This document shows positions 48,705 to 58,474 of a stretch of 64,000 nt of DNA, in pieces. The notes under the pieces are model-generated. The model did not search any database. It saw nothing but the letters and a program-made list of their open reading frames with translations, and had not been told where the DNA came from. Numbering within the stretch: position 1 is the stretch's first letter; each line of letters begins with the position of its first letter. The DNA is taken from IMG/VR virus record IMGVR_UViG_3300025162_000016, positions 124,001 to 188,000 of that record; one strand, written 5' to 3'. The position numbers and the translations under genes were made by a program.

Positions 48705-50093
48705 ATGGAAGAACAAGAACTTGGTAATTTAAAGGAGTTTGGAACGGAATTTCAGAATAAATGCCTTACCGCATTATTGACAAATAGAGCATTTTTGGAG
48801 CGAGTAGTAGATATGCTATCTCCGGATTTCTTTGAAACATCCGCACAGAAATGGGTGGTGGAACAAACGGTAAAATATTTTATGTTATATCGGGATATTC
48901 CTACCGCCCTGGCATTCACGGTTGAAATTAAAGCCATCGATGATCAGTTGAAACTTCTTAAACAATCGGTTGCGGATTTATTAGGTATTATATATGATCA
49001 TTCGACTGACACCGATTTAAAGTATATTGAAAATCAATTTCTTGAATTCTGTAAAAGTAGGACGCTTGCCAAAGCTATTCTCAAATCGGTTGATTTACTT
49101 AAACAGCAAGATTATGATGCTATTAAAAGCACTGTTGATACTGCATTGAAAGCGGGAATGGAACGAAATCTCGGACATGATTATATGGTGGACGTTGATA
49201 AACGAATGTCTCATGTTGCGAGGGATTGTATTAAGACGAATTGGGACTTGCTTGATCAACTTATTGATGGCGGATTGGGTAAAGGAGAACTTGGTTTTGT
49301 GGTTGCACCCGCTGGTTCTGGAAAGACATGGTTGTTATGTCGATTTGGAACTGAAGCGATGAAACAAGGAAAGAATGTTTTACATGTTACGTTAGAATTA
49401 AATGAGAATTATGTTGGTCTTCGATATGATGCTTGTTTTACTGGGTTAGGGTTTCAGACCATCCGCAATCATGTAGATGCCGTTAAAAAGGCAATCGAAA
49501 AAATCCCAGGTAAACTTTTTATTAAATATTATCCTTTGAAGACAGTTAGTCCTCAGAGTATACGACTATTTATTGATCGGTTTCAAATGTTACAGCAAAT
49601 AAAAATAGATATGTTAGTGGTTGATTATGCAGATATTCTTCGTCCATTTGTTCCAGATAAGAATGCTAACAGTTATACCGAAGCGGGGTCGGTATATGAG
49701 GAACTTCGTGCGGTTGCAGGAGAACTTCAAATTCCGGTTTGGAGTGCTTCGCAGAGCAACCGGCAAGGTCATGAAATGGATGTATTACAGGCGGGAAACG
49801 TGGCGGATTCTTATCGTAAAATAATGACGGGAGACGTTATTCTTTCGCTTTCAAGGAAAATGGAAGATAAACAACAAAATGTTGGACGTATTCATGTTAT
49901 GAAAAACCGATTTGGAGCGGATGGCATGACTTTTCCATGTAAATTCGATCCATCTAATGGTCATGTTAGTATATATGAGGAAGCTTCTGCCGATGGTATG
50001 TTGCTTAAAAAGAAAATGAAAGACGGTGAGAAAAGTATTAAGAAATTGACTAAAACGCTGTATGACTCCATGCAGGGTAGTGATTCGGATTAA
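48705..50093 (+). CDS. dnaB: Replicative helicase (DnaB / T4 gp41-like); start revised to ATG 48705
   Basis: Walker A APAGSGKT, HVTLEL, VVDYAD, WSASQSNR, VMKNRFG. Confidence 0.9.
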   Translation: MEEQELGNLKEFGTEFQNKCLTALLTNRAFLERVVDMLSPDFFETSAQKWVVEQTVKYFMLYRDIPTALAFTVEIKAIDDQLKLLKQSVADLLGIIYDHSTDTDLKYIENQFLEFCKSRTLAKAILKSVDLLKQQDYDAIKSTVDTALKAGMERNLGHDYMVDVDKRMSHVARDCIKTNWDLLDQLIDGGLGKGELGFVVAPAGSGKTWLLCRFGTEAMKQGKNVLHVTLELNENYVGLRYDACFTGLGFQTIRNHVDAVKKAIEKIPGKLFIKYYPLKTVSPQSIRLFIDRFQMLQQIKIDMLVVDYADILRPFVPDKNANSYTEAGSVYEELRAVAGELQIPVWSASQSNRQGHEMDVLQAGNVADSYRKIMTGDVILSLSRKMEDKQQNVGRIHVMKNRFGADGMTFPCKFDPSNGHVSIYEEASADGMLLKKKMKDGEKSIKKLTKTLYDSMQGSDSD

Positions 50094-50208
50094 TATTGTT
50101 TTCGGAAACAGAATAATTTGTTCATATTTTTAAAAATGAAAAATGTGAAATTGAAAATGTCGGATATAGTTATTCTTTGCAGATAAAAATTTATAAATAT
50201 AAAAATAC

Positions 50209-53200
50209 ATGGAAACTCTAAAATTACAGCCACATATAGAAAAGATATTACAAGAACGGTATTATTTAAAATCCGAAAGTTCCTGGAGTCAAATGACAGA
50301 AAGGTTATCTGTTTTAGATTCTAAAATGCACGAATATATTCTCAATAGAGTTTTTATACCTAGTACTCCGACATTGATGAATCTTAATACCAAGGGAGAA
50401 AGAAATGGGACTTTGTCTTCATGTTTTATTTTGGATATTGAAGATAGCATTGAAGACATTATGAATTCCATGAAGGATACCGCTTTTGTTACAAAAGCGG
50501 CTGGAGGAGTGGGGTTTAATTTTTCAAAACTAAGAGGATCGAATGAAAATGTAAAAACCATCAGTGCTAATTCGGGGGGAGTGATGGCATTCATTCAAAT
50601 ATTCGATTCTGTATTAGATGGAATTAGACAGGGTGGTAAACGTAGAGGAGCAGGTATGTCGATGCTTTCCTGTGTTTCTGGAGAAACTTTAATTTCAACA
50701 TTAAATGGAAAAATCAAAATAAAAGATTTGGTTGGTAAATTTCCAATTGTGTATTGTACGGATTTGAAAGGAAATATAAAAATACAAAAATCCAATAAAG
50801 TGTGGAAAACCGGAAAACTAAAAACCATTAAAATTAAATTTGATAATGATTCCCATTTACAATGTACTCCAGATCATAAAATATTATTATCAAATTATAC
50901 ATATAAAAATGCTGGGGATTTAGTATTGGGAGATAGTGTTTCTGTTTTACATAAACGAATATATTTTAGAAAGGGACAACAAAAAAATAGAGCTGAATAT
51001 GTTTTAGACATAACAAAAGGAAATTCAATTAAAGAACATATTGCGGTGTCGGAATATAAATATGGGAATATTTCGAATACTATTTTAAATGATAATAATG
51101 GATTCGATGATGACTCTGAAATAATTCATCATATAGATGGAAATTCTTTAAATAATGATCCTGATAATTTAGAAAAAATGACATATAAAGGAAGAGAGAA
51201 TTTAGCAAAAATCAAAAAAGGAAAAACGTGGGAAGAATTTTATGGTATAGAAAAATCCGAAGAAATAAAAAACAAATTAAGAGAAAAAAGAAAAAATCAA
51301 ATAGTTAGGAATGCTGGTTTTTTGGGTGAAGATTATAAAAGACATTATAAAGATGGATTTAAAAATCAATTTTCTAATCATAAAGTTATTTGTATTGAAG
51401 AAGGAGATGAAATAGATGTATATGATATTTCTGTTCCGGAATACAATAATTTTGTAGCAAATGATGTTTTTGTCCATAATTGTTACCATCCCGATATTCT
51501 TCAATTTATTGATGCGAAAGTTGAGGATACTACCAAATATACCCGAAGCAATTTTTCTGTATGGGTAGATTCTGCTTTTTACAAGGTATTAAAACAAAGT
51601 CCCAACAAGGTGTTTAAAGTTCGGAATGTAGTAGATGGTCAAGAAAATGAATTAAAAGATAATTCTGGGCAACTATATACTTATAAAATGTTATGGGATA
51701 AAATTATTCATAATGCTTGGAAAAGAGCCGAGCCCGGTATTTTTAATGGAGAAATTGCGGCGGATCGTTGTACTTGTAAACACATTACTCGTAATATTTT
51801 TTCAAATCCCTGCTGTTTTGCTTCTAGTAAATCCTTATATGTAAAAACCTCAAATGGAATTAAAGAAATCAAAGAGATAACCTCTAAAGATAAAATACTT
51901 CTGCCCGATGGAGAGTTTACTGACACCTGTGGTTACTTTAATGCAGGGGTTGCAGAGGTTTATGCGGTTGCGTTTTCAACAGGAGAAATTTTTTATATCA
52001 CTCATAATCATAAGTTGGTTACGTCCATTGATAACGGCATTTATGAACTTAAAGAATTGCGTTTCCTTAAAGAAGGCGATTATGTTTTACTAGATGATGG
52101 GCAGAAAGTAAAAATAGATTCTATTCGTTTATATTCAACTGAGAATGTGGGGTGTATTACAGTTCCGGGAGTCGGATTTTTTATTACCGAAAGCGGTATT
52201 CTAAGTGGAAATTCGGAATATGTACATATTCCATATACTTCGTGTAATTTAGCATCTTTTAATCTTCATAAATTTATTAAAGATAACGAATTTGATTGGA
52301 AATCATTTGAAGTTGCCGTTGATGAATCAGTAGTGTATATGAATGGGGTTATTGATAACAATCGATATCCTATTGAAAAAATTAGAAAAGAAACTTTGAA
52401 TGTTAGACCAATCGGGTTAGGTATTATGGGATTTGCTCATTTATTATATGAATTGAGAATTCCCTTTGATTCACTTGCTGCCGCTAATTTGGCGGAAAAA
52501 ATTTGTAGGTTTCAAACATTAGTTGCTATGCGTAAAAGCGTGGAAATGGCGAAAGAATATAAGAAAAAGTATCCATATTTTGATTATGATATTTTTATGG
52601 ATGCTAGCAAACGATTCTTCGTCGAAAAAGAATTCATGGGAATTAGTGTTGAAAAATTAGCATCTGATATCAAAAAATACGGTATTTATAATAGTTGTCT
52701 TACTTCTATTGCTCCAACCGGATGTATTGAAGAAAATACACGAATTATTACAAATGCAGGACTTATAAAAATAAAAGACATTGTTGCGGAACATCCGAGA
52801 GAAAAGGAATTTAATTATAATGTTCCCGAAATGTTAGTGGCGAGTGAAGATGCCGAAAATAAACTATCTGCATTTTTTAATAATGGTGAAACCAACGGAT
52901 ATTCTATACGATTAGAAGATGGAAGACGGATTAAAACATCTTCTACTCATAGAATTCGAATTTTAAAAGATGGAAAATATTCGTGGGAATTCTCTCCTGA
53001 TATTAAGGTCGGAGATATTGTTGTTTTATCGCAAAATAGTTCGACGGAAACCAGTGAGGAACTGGAACTTGATTGTTCTAATGCGAGTAATCATTTCAAT
53101 TCTTCTGATAATATTCTCCCATCTAAATTAAACGAAAAATTTGCGGAATGGATGGGCATATTCACTGGAGATGGGAGCACGAAATTTAGATCTGAAAATG

Positions 53201-56200
53201 GGAAGATAGATGGAATCAGGTTTCCCGCAGATAGTAAGGATTATGATTTTGCCCTTTATATACAGACATTGACAAAAAATTTGTTTGGTATAGATTCTTA
53301 TATTTCCAAGGCAAAAAATAAAAATATGTATGAAATTTCCATTCATTCGATAAATATTGGAAATTTTTTAGTTAAAAATGGGTTGGCAAAAAAGGATAAT
53401 ATTTCGAGTGTGAAGGAAAAGTCCGATCATATATATCATGTTCCAGAACTTATTTTCAGATCTCCGAAGAAAGTTATTTGTGCATATTTACGGGGATTGT
53501 TTGAAACTGATGGTAGTATTTCAAACGGATCTATTACTTTTTCTTCCAAGTTTGAACATATAACACTTGAAGTCCAGGAACTTTTAACATATCTCGGCAT
53601 TCGTTCGAGTATTCGCAAATTGATAAAAGGCACGGGAGGATTTAATGATGTAATGTTTTCCCTTAGAATTGATTATAAAGCCAGTAATTTGGCATTTAGA
53701 GATAAAATAGGATTTTTAAGCGATAGAAAAAAGAAATTGTTAGCGGATTTTAAGTATACCATCGATTTCGAAAAAATTTATCTGACTTATGATGAATCTA
53801 TAAGATGTCGTTCGGAAATTAAAACTAAATTATCGTCTAAACATTCGTTGTATCAGAAATTCAATGGCAATATTTGTAGAAATCATTGCAATGATTTGGT
53901 TTGGTTTAATCGGGATATTCTGAATGAAGCACTTGAATATGTCAATTTGGATTTTCCTTTCGAATTGCATAAAATGTTTCATCTTAAAGTTGCGGATGTC
54001 GTTAGAGAAAAAATTAAAACCTTTGACATTGAAATAAATAATGAGGATCATACATATTTAACTTCGAATGGAATTATTAATCATAATACAATCTCCTATA
54101 TTGCTGATTGTTCTAGCAGCGGTGAACCAGTATTTGGTCTTGTTTTTACTCGTAAGATTGAAAAGGAAAATAAAACATATGAAAAGGTTTATTTAGTAGA
54201 TCCTGTTTTTAAGAAGTTTGTTGAAACTAATTATAAAGAAAATTCTGAGAAGATTTATGATTATGTATCCGATCATGCTGGGAGTTGTCAAGGATGTGAA
54301 TATCTTACAAAAACAGAACAAAATGTATTCAAAGTAGCGGGAGATATTACCCCAGAATGGCACCTTAAAGTTTTGGCAGCGATGGCGAATAATATTTCTC
54401 TTTCAGTTAGTAAATGTGTTGCTAAAGGAACCAAAATTTTAACAAATAAAGGAATAATAAATATAGAAGATTTAGGAGTTGCTAGGGGTGATGATAAGTT
54501 TGATCGTTCATTAGATGTGAAGGTAAAAGATATGAACGGAGATTGGAAACAAGTTACCAAACATTATTCTGGGGGAATTAAACCAACAAAAATAATACGA
54601 TTTAATAATGGAAATATAATCGAATTTGCTAATACACATAAACTATTAACAAATGATGGATGGACACCTGTTGATAACTTAAATGTTAATGATTATGTGT
54701 ATTGTAGATCATCTAAATATGAAACTAATAATGAAGGACATTTACCGATATCAACGGATTTTGAGGATAACACGAATAGTAATTTAATTTTTCTTCCAAT
54801 TAAAATGGACAGTGATTTGGCGTTATTTCTGGGAATGATAGCATCCGATGGACATTTAGTGGAAATTACGGGGAATGTCGGAATAACAACGGCGGATGAT
54901 GAGGTGGAAAAAGTTTTTTCTGAATTGTGTAAAAAAATATTTAAAGTAAAAATGGTAAATGTTCAATATGATAAGAGAACTAAAAATACTCGTTCCGTTT
55001 ATATAACATCACGGAAATTGTGTCGATATATCGTTAACTTATTAGATGGACATAATTGTATTAGTAAAAAGGTTCCTAGTCAAATAATAAACGGGTCGGA
55101 GTTGGAAAAAATAAGTTTCATAAACGGATTAACATTGGATGGATATATTGCTGGAAACAAATTGATGGTATACCAAGGATATTCTAAACATTTGGTAGAT
55201 TCTGTGTTTCAGATGTGTTGCGAACTTGGGTTAAAACCACGAAAATCGGATGCATTTGTTAAAACTGGAAGGTTATCTAATTGGACATACGGGGTTGATG
55301 TTGATTATCATTGCTTTAAACCAATTGAATTGCATAAAAACAAAATATTGGAATATTCCAATATTATACCCGTCCCGGAAAAATTAAAAAAATTATCTTA
55401 TAAGAATTTAGATAGAAAATATTATGGTTCACTTCGAACGTTGAGACGTAATAAATATAGGAGTATGAGAAGTAATAATTCTTTATTGGAATTATGTGAT
55501 TGGGATAAGAATTTATATTTGTTAAAAATTGTATCGATAGAAAATTCCTCAAATGAGGTATATGACATTGAGGTAGAGGATACTCACAATTATTTAATAG
55601 ATAATATTATATCTCACAATACAATAAATTTGCCTAAAGATTGTGAAGAAGAAGAAATTTCAAATGTTTTTATTAAAGCTCATGAATTGGGAGTTATTGG
55701 AGTCACTGTATATAGAGATGGCAGTCGAGAAGGTGTTTTAGTGCATAAGGAAGAATTAAAGGCGGAGACATATGTCCAACGTCATGATGCCCCAAAACGT
55801 CCGGAATTGCTTCCTTGTGATATTCATGAAATGGCGGTAGTTATTAATGGTAAAAAAGAACGTTTTGTTGCGTTAGTAGGCAAGTTGGCGGGAACGGTAT
55901 ATGAAATTTTTGTAACCAAAGACATTGAAAATAAGTTAGATTTTGAGAAACACAAGACCGGGTTTATTAAAAAAGTTAATAAAGGAAAATACGATTTATT
56001 AACTGTTAATGGTGAAGAAAAAATTTGTTTAGAAGATATAGGAATCATTTTTGGTGGCCAAATGGGAACGCTTTCACGGTTGGTTTCAATGAGTTTAAGG
56101 CATGGTACTCCATTACAAATAGTAGCCGATCAGTTATCAAAAGAAAATAGTGTTGGTTTTCTTGATTTTGAACGGTGTGTTGCTAGAGTATTAAAACATT

Positions 56201-56325
56201 ATATCAAAGAGGGAGAAAAAGTCATAACATCTGAAGTATGTCAACAATGTGGATCTAAATTGATTTATATAGAAGGTTGTAAGACATGTTCCAACAAAGA
56301 ATGCGGCTGGAGTAAATGTAATTAA
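50209..56325 (+). CDS. nrdJ: Class II (adenosylcobalamin-dependent) ribonucleotide reductase with four inteins (~778-aa extein)
   Basis: PSTPTLMN, TLSSCF, GGKRRGA, EPGIF, NPC|SE, TSCNL, RPIGLG, SIAPTG|TIS, VSK|TINLP, GVTVYRDGSR, and C-terminal CxxC...GCxxC...CGWSKC; no ATP cone and no class I YY pair seen. Confidence 0.9.
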   Translation: METLKLQPHIEKILQERYYLKSESSWSQMTERLSVLDSKMHEYILNRVFIPSTPTLMNLNTKGERNGTLSSCFILDIEDSIEDIMNSMKDTAFVTKAAGGVGFNFSKLRGSNENVKTISANSGGVMAFIQIFDSVLDGIRQGGKRRGAGMSMLSCVSGETLISTLNGKIKIKDLVGKFPIVYCTDLKGNIKIQKSNKVWKTGKLKTIKIKFDNDSHLQCTPDHKILLSNYTYKNAGDLVLGDSVSVLHKRIYFRKGQQKNRAEYVLDITKGNSIKEHIAVSEYKYGNISNTILNDNNGFDDDSEIIHHIDGNSLNNDPDNLEKMTYKGRENLAKIKKGKTWEEFYGIEKSEEIKNKLREKRKNQIVRNAGFLGEDYKRHYKDGFKNQFSNHKVICIEEGDEIDVYDISVPEYNNFVANDVFVHNCYHPDILQFIDAKVEDTTKYTRSNFSVWVDSAFYKVLKQSPNKVFKVRNVVDGQENELKDNSGQLYTYKMLWDKIIHNAWKRAEPGIFNGEIAADRCTCKHITRNIFSNPCCFASSKSLYVKTSNGIKEIKEITSKDKILLPDGEFTDTCGYFNAGVAEVYAVAFSTGEIFYITHNHKLVTSIDNGIYELKELRFLKEGDYVLLDDGQKVKIDSIRLYSTENVGCITVPGVGFFITESGILSGNSEYVHIPYTSCNLASFNLHKFIKDNEFDWKSFEVAVDESVVYMNGVIDNNRYPIEKIRKETLNVRPIGLGIMGFAHLLYELRIPFDSLAAANLAEKICRFQTLVAMRKSVEMAKEYKKKYPYFDYDIFMDASKRFFVEKEFMGISVEKLASDIKKYGIYNSCLTSIAPTGCIEENTRIITNAGLIKIKDIVAEHPREKEFNYNVPEMLVASEDAENKLSAFFNNGETNGYSIRLEDGRRIKTSSTHRIRILKDGKYSWEFSPDIKVGDIVVLSQNSSTETSEELELDCSNASNHFNSSDNILPSKLNEKFAEWMGIFTGDGSTKFRSENGKIDGIRFPADSKDYDFALYIQTLTKNLFGIDSYISKAKNKNMYEISIHSINIGNFLVKNGLAKKDNISSVKEKSDHIYHVPELIFRSPKKVICAYLRGLFETDGSISNGSITFSSKFEHITLEVQELLTYLGIRSSIRKLIKGTGGFNDVMFSLRIDYKASNLAFRDKIGFLSDRKKKLLADFKYTIDFEKIYLTYDESIRCRSEIKTKLSSKHSLYQKFNGNICRNHCNDLVWFNRDILNEALEYVNLDFPFELHKMFHLKVADVVREKIKTFDIEINNEDHTYLTSNGIINHNTISYIADCSSSGEPVFGLVFTRKIEKENKTYEKVYLVDPVFKKFVETNYKENSEKIYDYVSDHAGSCQGCEYLTKTEQNVFKVAGDITPEWHLKVLAAMANNISLSVSKCVAKGTKILTNKGIINIEDLGVARGDDKFDRSLDVKVKDMNGDWKQVTKHYSGGIKPTKIIRFNNGNIIEFANTHKLLTNDGWTPVDNLNVNDYVYCRSSKYETNNEGHLPISTDFEDNTNSNLIFLPIKMDSDLALFLGMIASDGHLVEITGNVGITTADDEVEKVFSELCKKIFKVKMVNVQYDKRTKNTRSVYITSRKLCRYIVNLLDGHNCISKKVPSQIINGSELEKISFINGLTLDGYIAGNKLMVYQGYSKHLVDSVFQMCCELGLKPRKSDAFVKTGRLSNWTYGVDVDYHCFKPIELHKNKILEYSNIIPVPEKLKKLSYKNLDRKYYGSLRTLRRNKYRSMRSNNSLLELCDWDKNLYLLKIVSIENSSNEVYDIEVEDTHNYLIDNIISHNTINLPKDCEEEEISNVFIKAHELGVIGVTVYRDGSREGVLVHKEELKAETYVQRHDAPKRPELLPCDIHEMAVVINGKKERFVALVGKLAGTVYEIFVTKDIENKLDFEKHKTGFIKKVNKGKYDLLTVNGEEKICLEDIGIIFGGQMGTLSRLVSMSLRHGTPLQIVADQLSKENSVGFLDFERCVARVLKHYIKEGEKVITSEVCQQCGSKLIYIEGCKTCSNKECGWSKCN
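50671..51480 (+). mobile_element. NrdJ intein 1 (270 aa) with HNH endonuclease
   Basis: CVSGET...NDVFVHN|C; internal IHHIDGNSLNNDPDNLE and KKGKTWEEFYG. Confidence 0.88.
51814..52212 (+). mobile_element. NrdJ intein 2 (133-aa mini-intein ending Gly-Asn)
   Basis: NPC|CFASSK...FFITESGILSGN|SE; splits the catalytic NPCxE motif. Confidence 0.85.
52723..54087 (+). mobile_element. NrdJ intein 3 (455 aa) with LAGLIDADG endonuclease
   Basis: SIAPTG|CIEENT...NGIINHN|T; blocks WMGIFTGDGS and YLRGLFETDGS. Confidence 0.9.
54415..55620 (+). mobile_element. NrdJ intein 4 (402 aa) with LAGLIDADG endonuclease
   Basis: VSK|CVAKGT...DNIISHN|T; blocks FLGMIASDGH and FINGLTLDGY. Confidence 0.9.
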
Positions 56326-56450
56326 TTGTTCATACAAATATTGTCTTACTTTTATACAGTTTGTAATATTGTGTAATTCATTGGTAGATTAAATTATACT
56401 TTTTTGTCATTTTTTATACGTTTTCATATTTGTAACATATATGTATATTC

Positions 56451-57047
56451 ATGATTAAATTGTCTAAATGGGCAAAACAATACGGTGTAACATATAAAAC
56501 TGCTTGGAAATGGTTCAAAGAAGGGAATTTTCCTGCCAAAACAAAACAGTTATCAACCGGAACTATATTAGTTTATGATGATGAAAATATCAAAGAGAAG
56601 GAAATTAAAACCGTAATTTATTGTAGAGTTTCAAATCACTCCAGAAAAGCAGAATTGGAATACCAAGTTCAACGATGTGAAGAGTTCTGTGTTAAAAACG
56701 GTTGGCAAATATCAAAAATATATAGAGAGATTGCCTCTGGTATGAATGATAAAAGAAAACAATTGTGGACAATGATTGATAGCAATCCAACCAGAATTGT
56801 TGTAGAGAATAAAGATAGATTGACTCGTTTTGGATTTAATTATATCGAGCAATTATCAAAGAAATTAGGAACAGAAATTATAGTAATTCATATGGATAAA
56901 GAAGATGATAAGGATTTGATAAAAGACTTGGTATCCATAATTTATTCTTTCTGTGCCAGATTGTACGGAATGAGAAAGGCGTATAATAAAACCAAGAAAA
57001 TCAAAGAAATTATAAATATGACCGATCAATTGGAAATTGTAAAATGA
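56451..57047 (+). CDS. tnpA: IS607 transposase (MerR-like HTH + serine recombinase)
   Basis: MIKLSKWAKQYGVTYKTAWKW, YCRVS, EIASG, VVENKDRLTRFGF, DLVSIIYSFCARLYG. Confidence 0.93.
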   Translation: MIKLSKWAKQYGVTYKTAWKWFKEGNFPAKTKQLSTGTILVYDDENIKEKEIKTVIYCRVSNHSRKAELEYQVQRCEEFCVKNGWQISKIYREIASGMNDKRKQLWTMIDSNPTRIVVENKDRLTRFGFNYIEQLSKKLGTEIIVIHMDKEDDKDLIKDLVSIIYSFCARLYGMRKAYNKTKKIKEIINMTDQLEIVK

Positions 57048-58345
57048 TCAAATCAAGTAAACATACAATTAAATTCTCGAACAATATAAAATTGGAGAAT
57101 TTAAACTTTATTCTTAAAGAATACCGAAGATGCTTACAGCATTTTATCGATTATTTGTGGATAACTCCTTACTCGTGGACCGATGACAAAAATATTATTC
57201 ACATGATGGATATTAAGAATAATAAGTATGATGCTCCTCAATTTGTTACGTCCAATATAATTAGTAATTCGGGATTAATTACAAATCTATCAGGAAGATT
57301 GCTCAAGTGTTGTATGACTCAGGCGATGGGAATGATTAAGGCATCGTTAGAAAAACAAAGAAAAAGAATTTATATTTTCAATAAGCATAAATTATCTGGA
57401 AAATCAAAGAAAAGTCTTAAATTATTAATCCGTAAAATTAAACAAAATATTCCACAAAAACCAAATGGTTATATTGCTAATATGGAATTAAATTCTATTT
57501 GTGCGGATTTTATGTTTACCCCGGAATCCAATGATTTTAATGGGTTTCTTCAGTTTAAATGTTTAACAACAAATAAAATCAAGATTAAAATTCCCGTAAA
57601 ATTTGACCGTCATTCTATTGGATTAATGAATAGAGGGAAGATGTTAAATTCATTTCTGGTTAAAAATAATTCAATTGATATTAGATGGGAGATTGATATC
57701 CCTAAATTGAGAGACGAAGGAAATATTATTGGATGTGATCAGGGATTGAAAACGGTGCTGACTTGTAGCAATGGAATTACAACATTATTGACTGATAATC
57801 ACGGACATTCATTAGATTCAATATTGAATACTGTGTTGAAAAAAACCCGTGGATCGAATGCATTTAAAAGAGCAAAGGATCATCAAGAAAATTTTGTTAA
57901 TTGGTCAATAAATCATTTGAATTTGGATAATATAAAGCAAATAAATTTAGAAGAAATCCGGAATATTGGATATAAAAATCGAACAAGTAAGAAACTTTCT
58001 CATTGGCAAAATACATTAATTAGAGACAAGATAGAGTCGGTGTGTGAAGATCGAGGAATTAGGTTAATTTATCAATCTTCAACTTATAGGTCTCAGAGAT
58101 GTAGTTGCTGTGGAAATGTTCGTAAATCGAATCGGAAAGGAAAAATTTATTCATGTAAACATTGTGGAAACACGATGGATGCTGATTTAAATGCAGCAAA
58201 AAACCACGAAATAAGTCTTCCCGAAATCCCGTATGATTTACGAAATCTAAATCTCAATAGAAAAGATGGGTTTATGTGGAGGGAAGATGGATTCTATGAT
58301 TTAGATGGTAGGAGTTTACAGTCCCTACTTCATAAAAAAGAATAA
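57044..58345 (+). CDS. tnpB: TnpB RNA-guided nuclease, RuvC catalytic residues present
   Basis: RuvC-I GCDQG, RuvC-II INLEE, Zn finger CSCC...CKHC, RuvC-III DADLNAAKN; ATGA overlap with tnpA. Confidence 0.9.
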   Translation: MIKSSKHTIKFSNNIKLENLNFILKEYRRCLQHFIDYLWITPYSWTDDKNIIHMMDIKNNKYDAPQFVTSNIISNSGLITNLSGRLLKCCMTQAMGMIKASLEKQRKRIYIFNKHKLSGKSKKSLKLLIRKIKQNIPQKPNGYIANMELNSICADFMFTPESNDFNGFLQFKCLTTNKIKIKIPVKFDRHSIGLMNRGKMLNSFLVKNNSIDIRWEIDIPKLRDEGNIIGCDQGLKTVLTCSNGITTLLTDNHGHSLDSILNTVLKKTRGSNAFKRAKDHQENFVNWSINHLNLDNIKQINLEEIRNIGYKNRTSKKLSHWQNTLIRDKIESVCEDRGIRLIYQSSTYRSQRCSCCGNVRKSNRKGKIYSCKHCGNTMDADLNAAKNHEISLPEIPYDLRNLNLNRKDGFMWREDGFYDLDGRSLQSLLHKKE

Positions 58346-58474
58346 AATGTCATGTTTTTTATTCAACTGTACATATTTATAATCACCCATCATATTATGT
58401 AACGATGGATCAAAATTACCCAGTAAAGAGGTGAATTGTGTATGGCGATCAGAAAAAAACAACGAATTATTGAT

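Larger units (their letters stand above)
56330..58370 (+). mobile_element. IS607-family insertion sequence (ends approximate)
   Basis: Overlapping tnpA (serine) and tnpB genes; (C/T)ATAC direct repeats at 56331, 56353, 56395, 56415 upstream of tnpA. Confidence 0.85.

Noticed and set aside
50209-56325. Class I NrdA
   Set aside because: No ATP cone or C-terminal tyrosine pair seen, an NrdJ-type Cys-rich C-terminus is present, and no nrdB lies nearby.
57044-58345. IS607 TnpB as cognate partner of the orphan RNA at 30882
   Set aside because: Its 3' end shows no visible similarity to the orphan scaffold, which has IS605-type ends; not excluded experimentally but unsupported.
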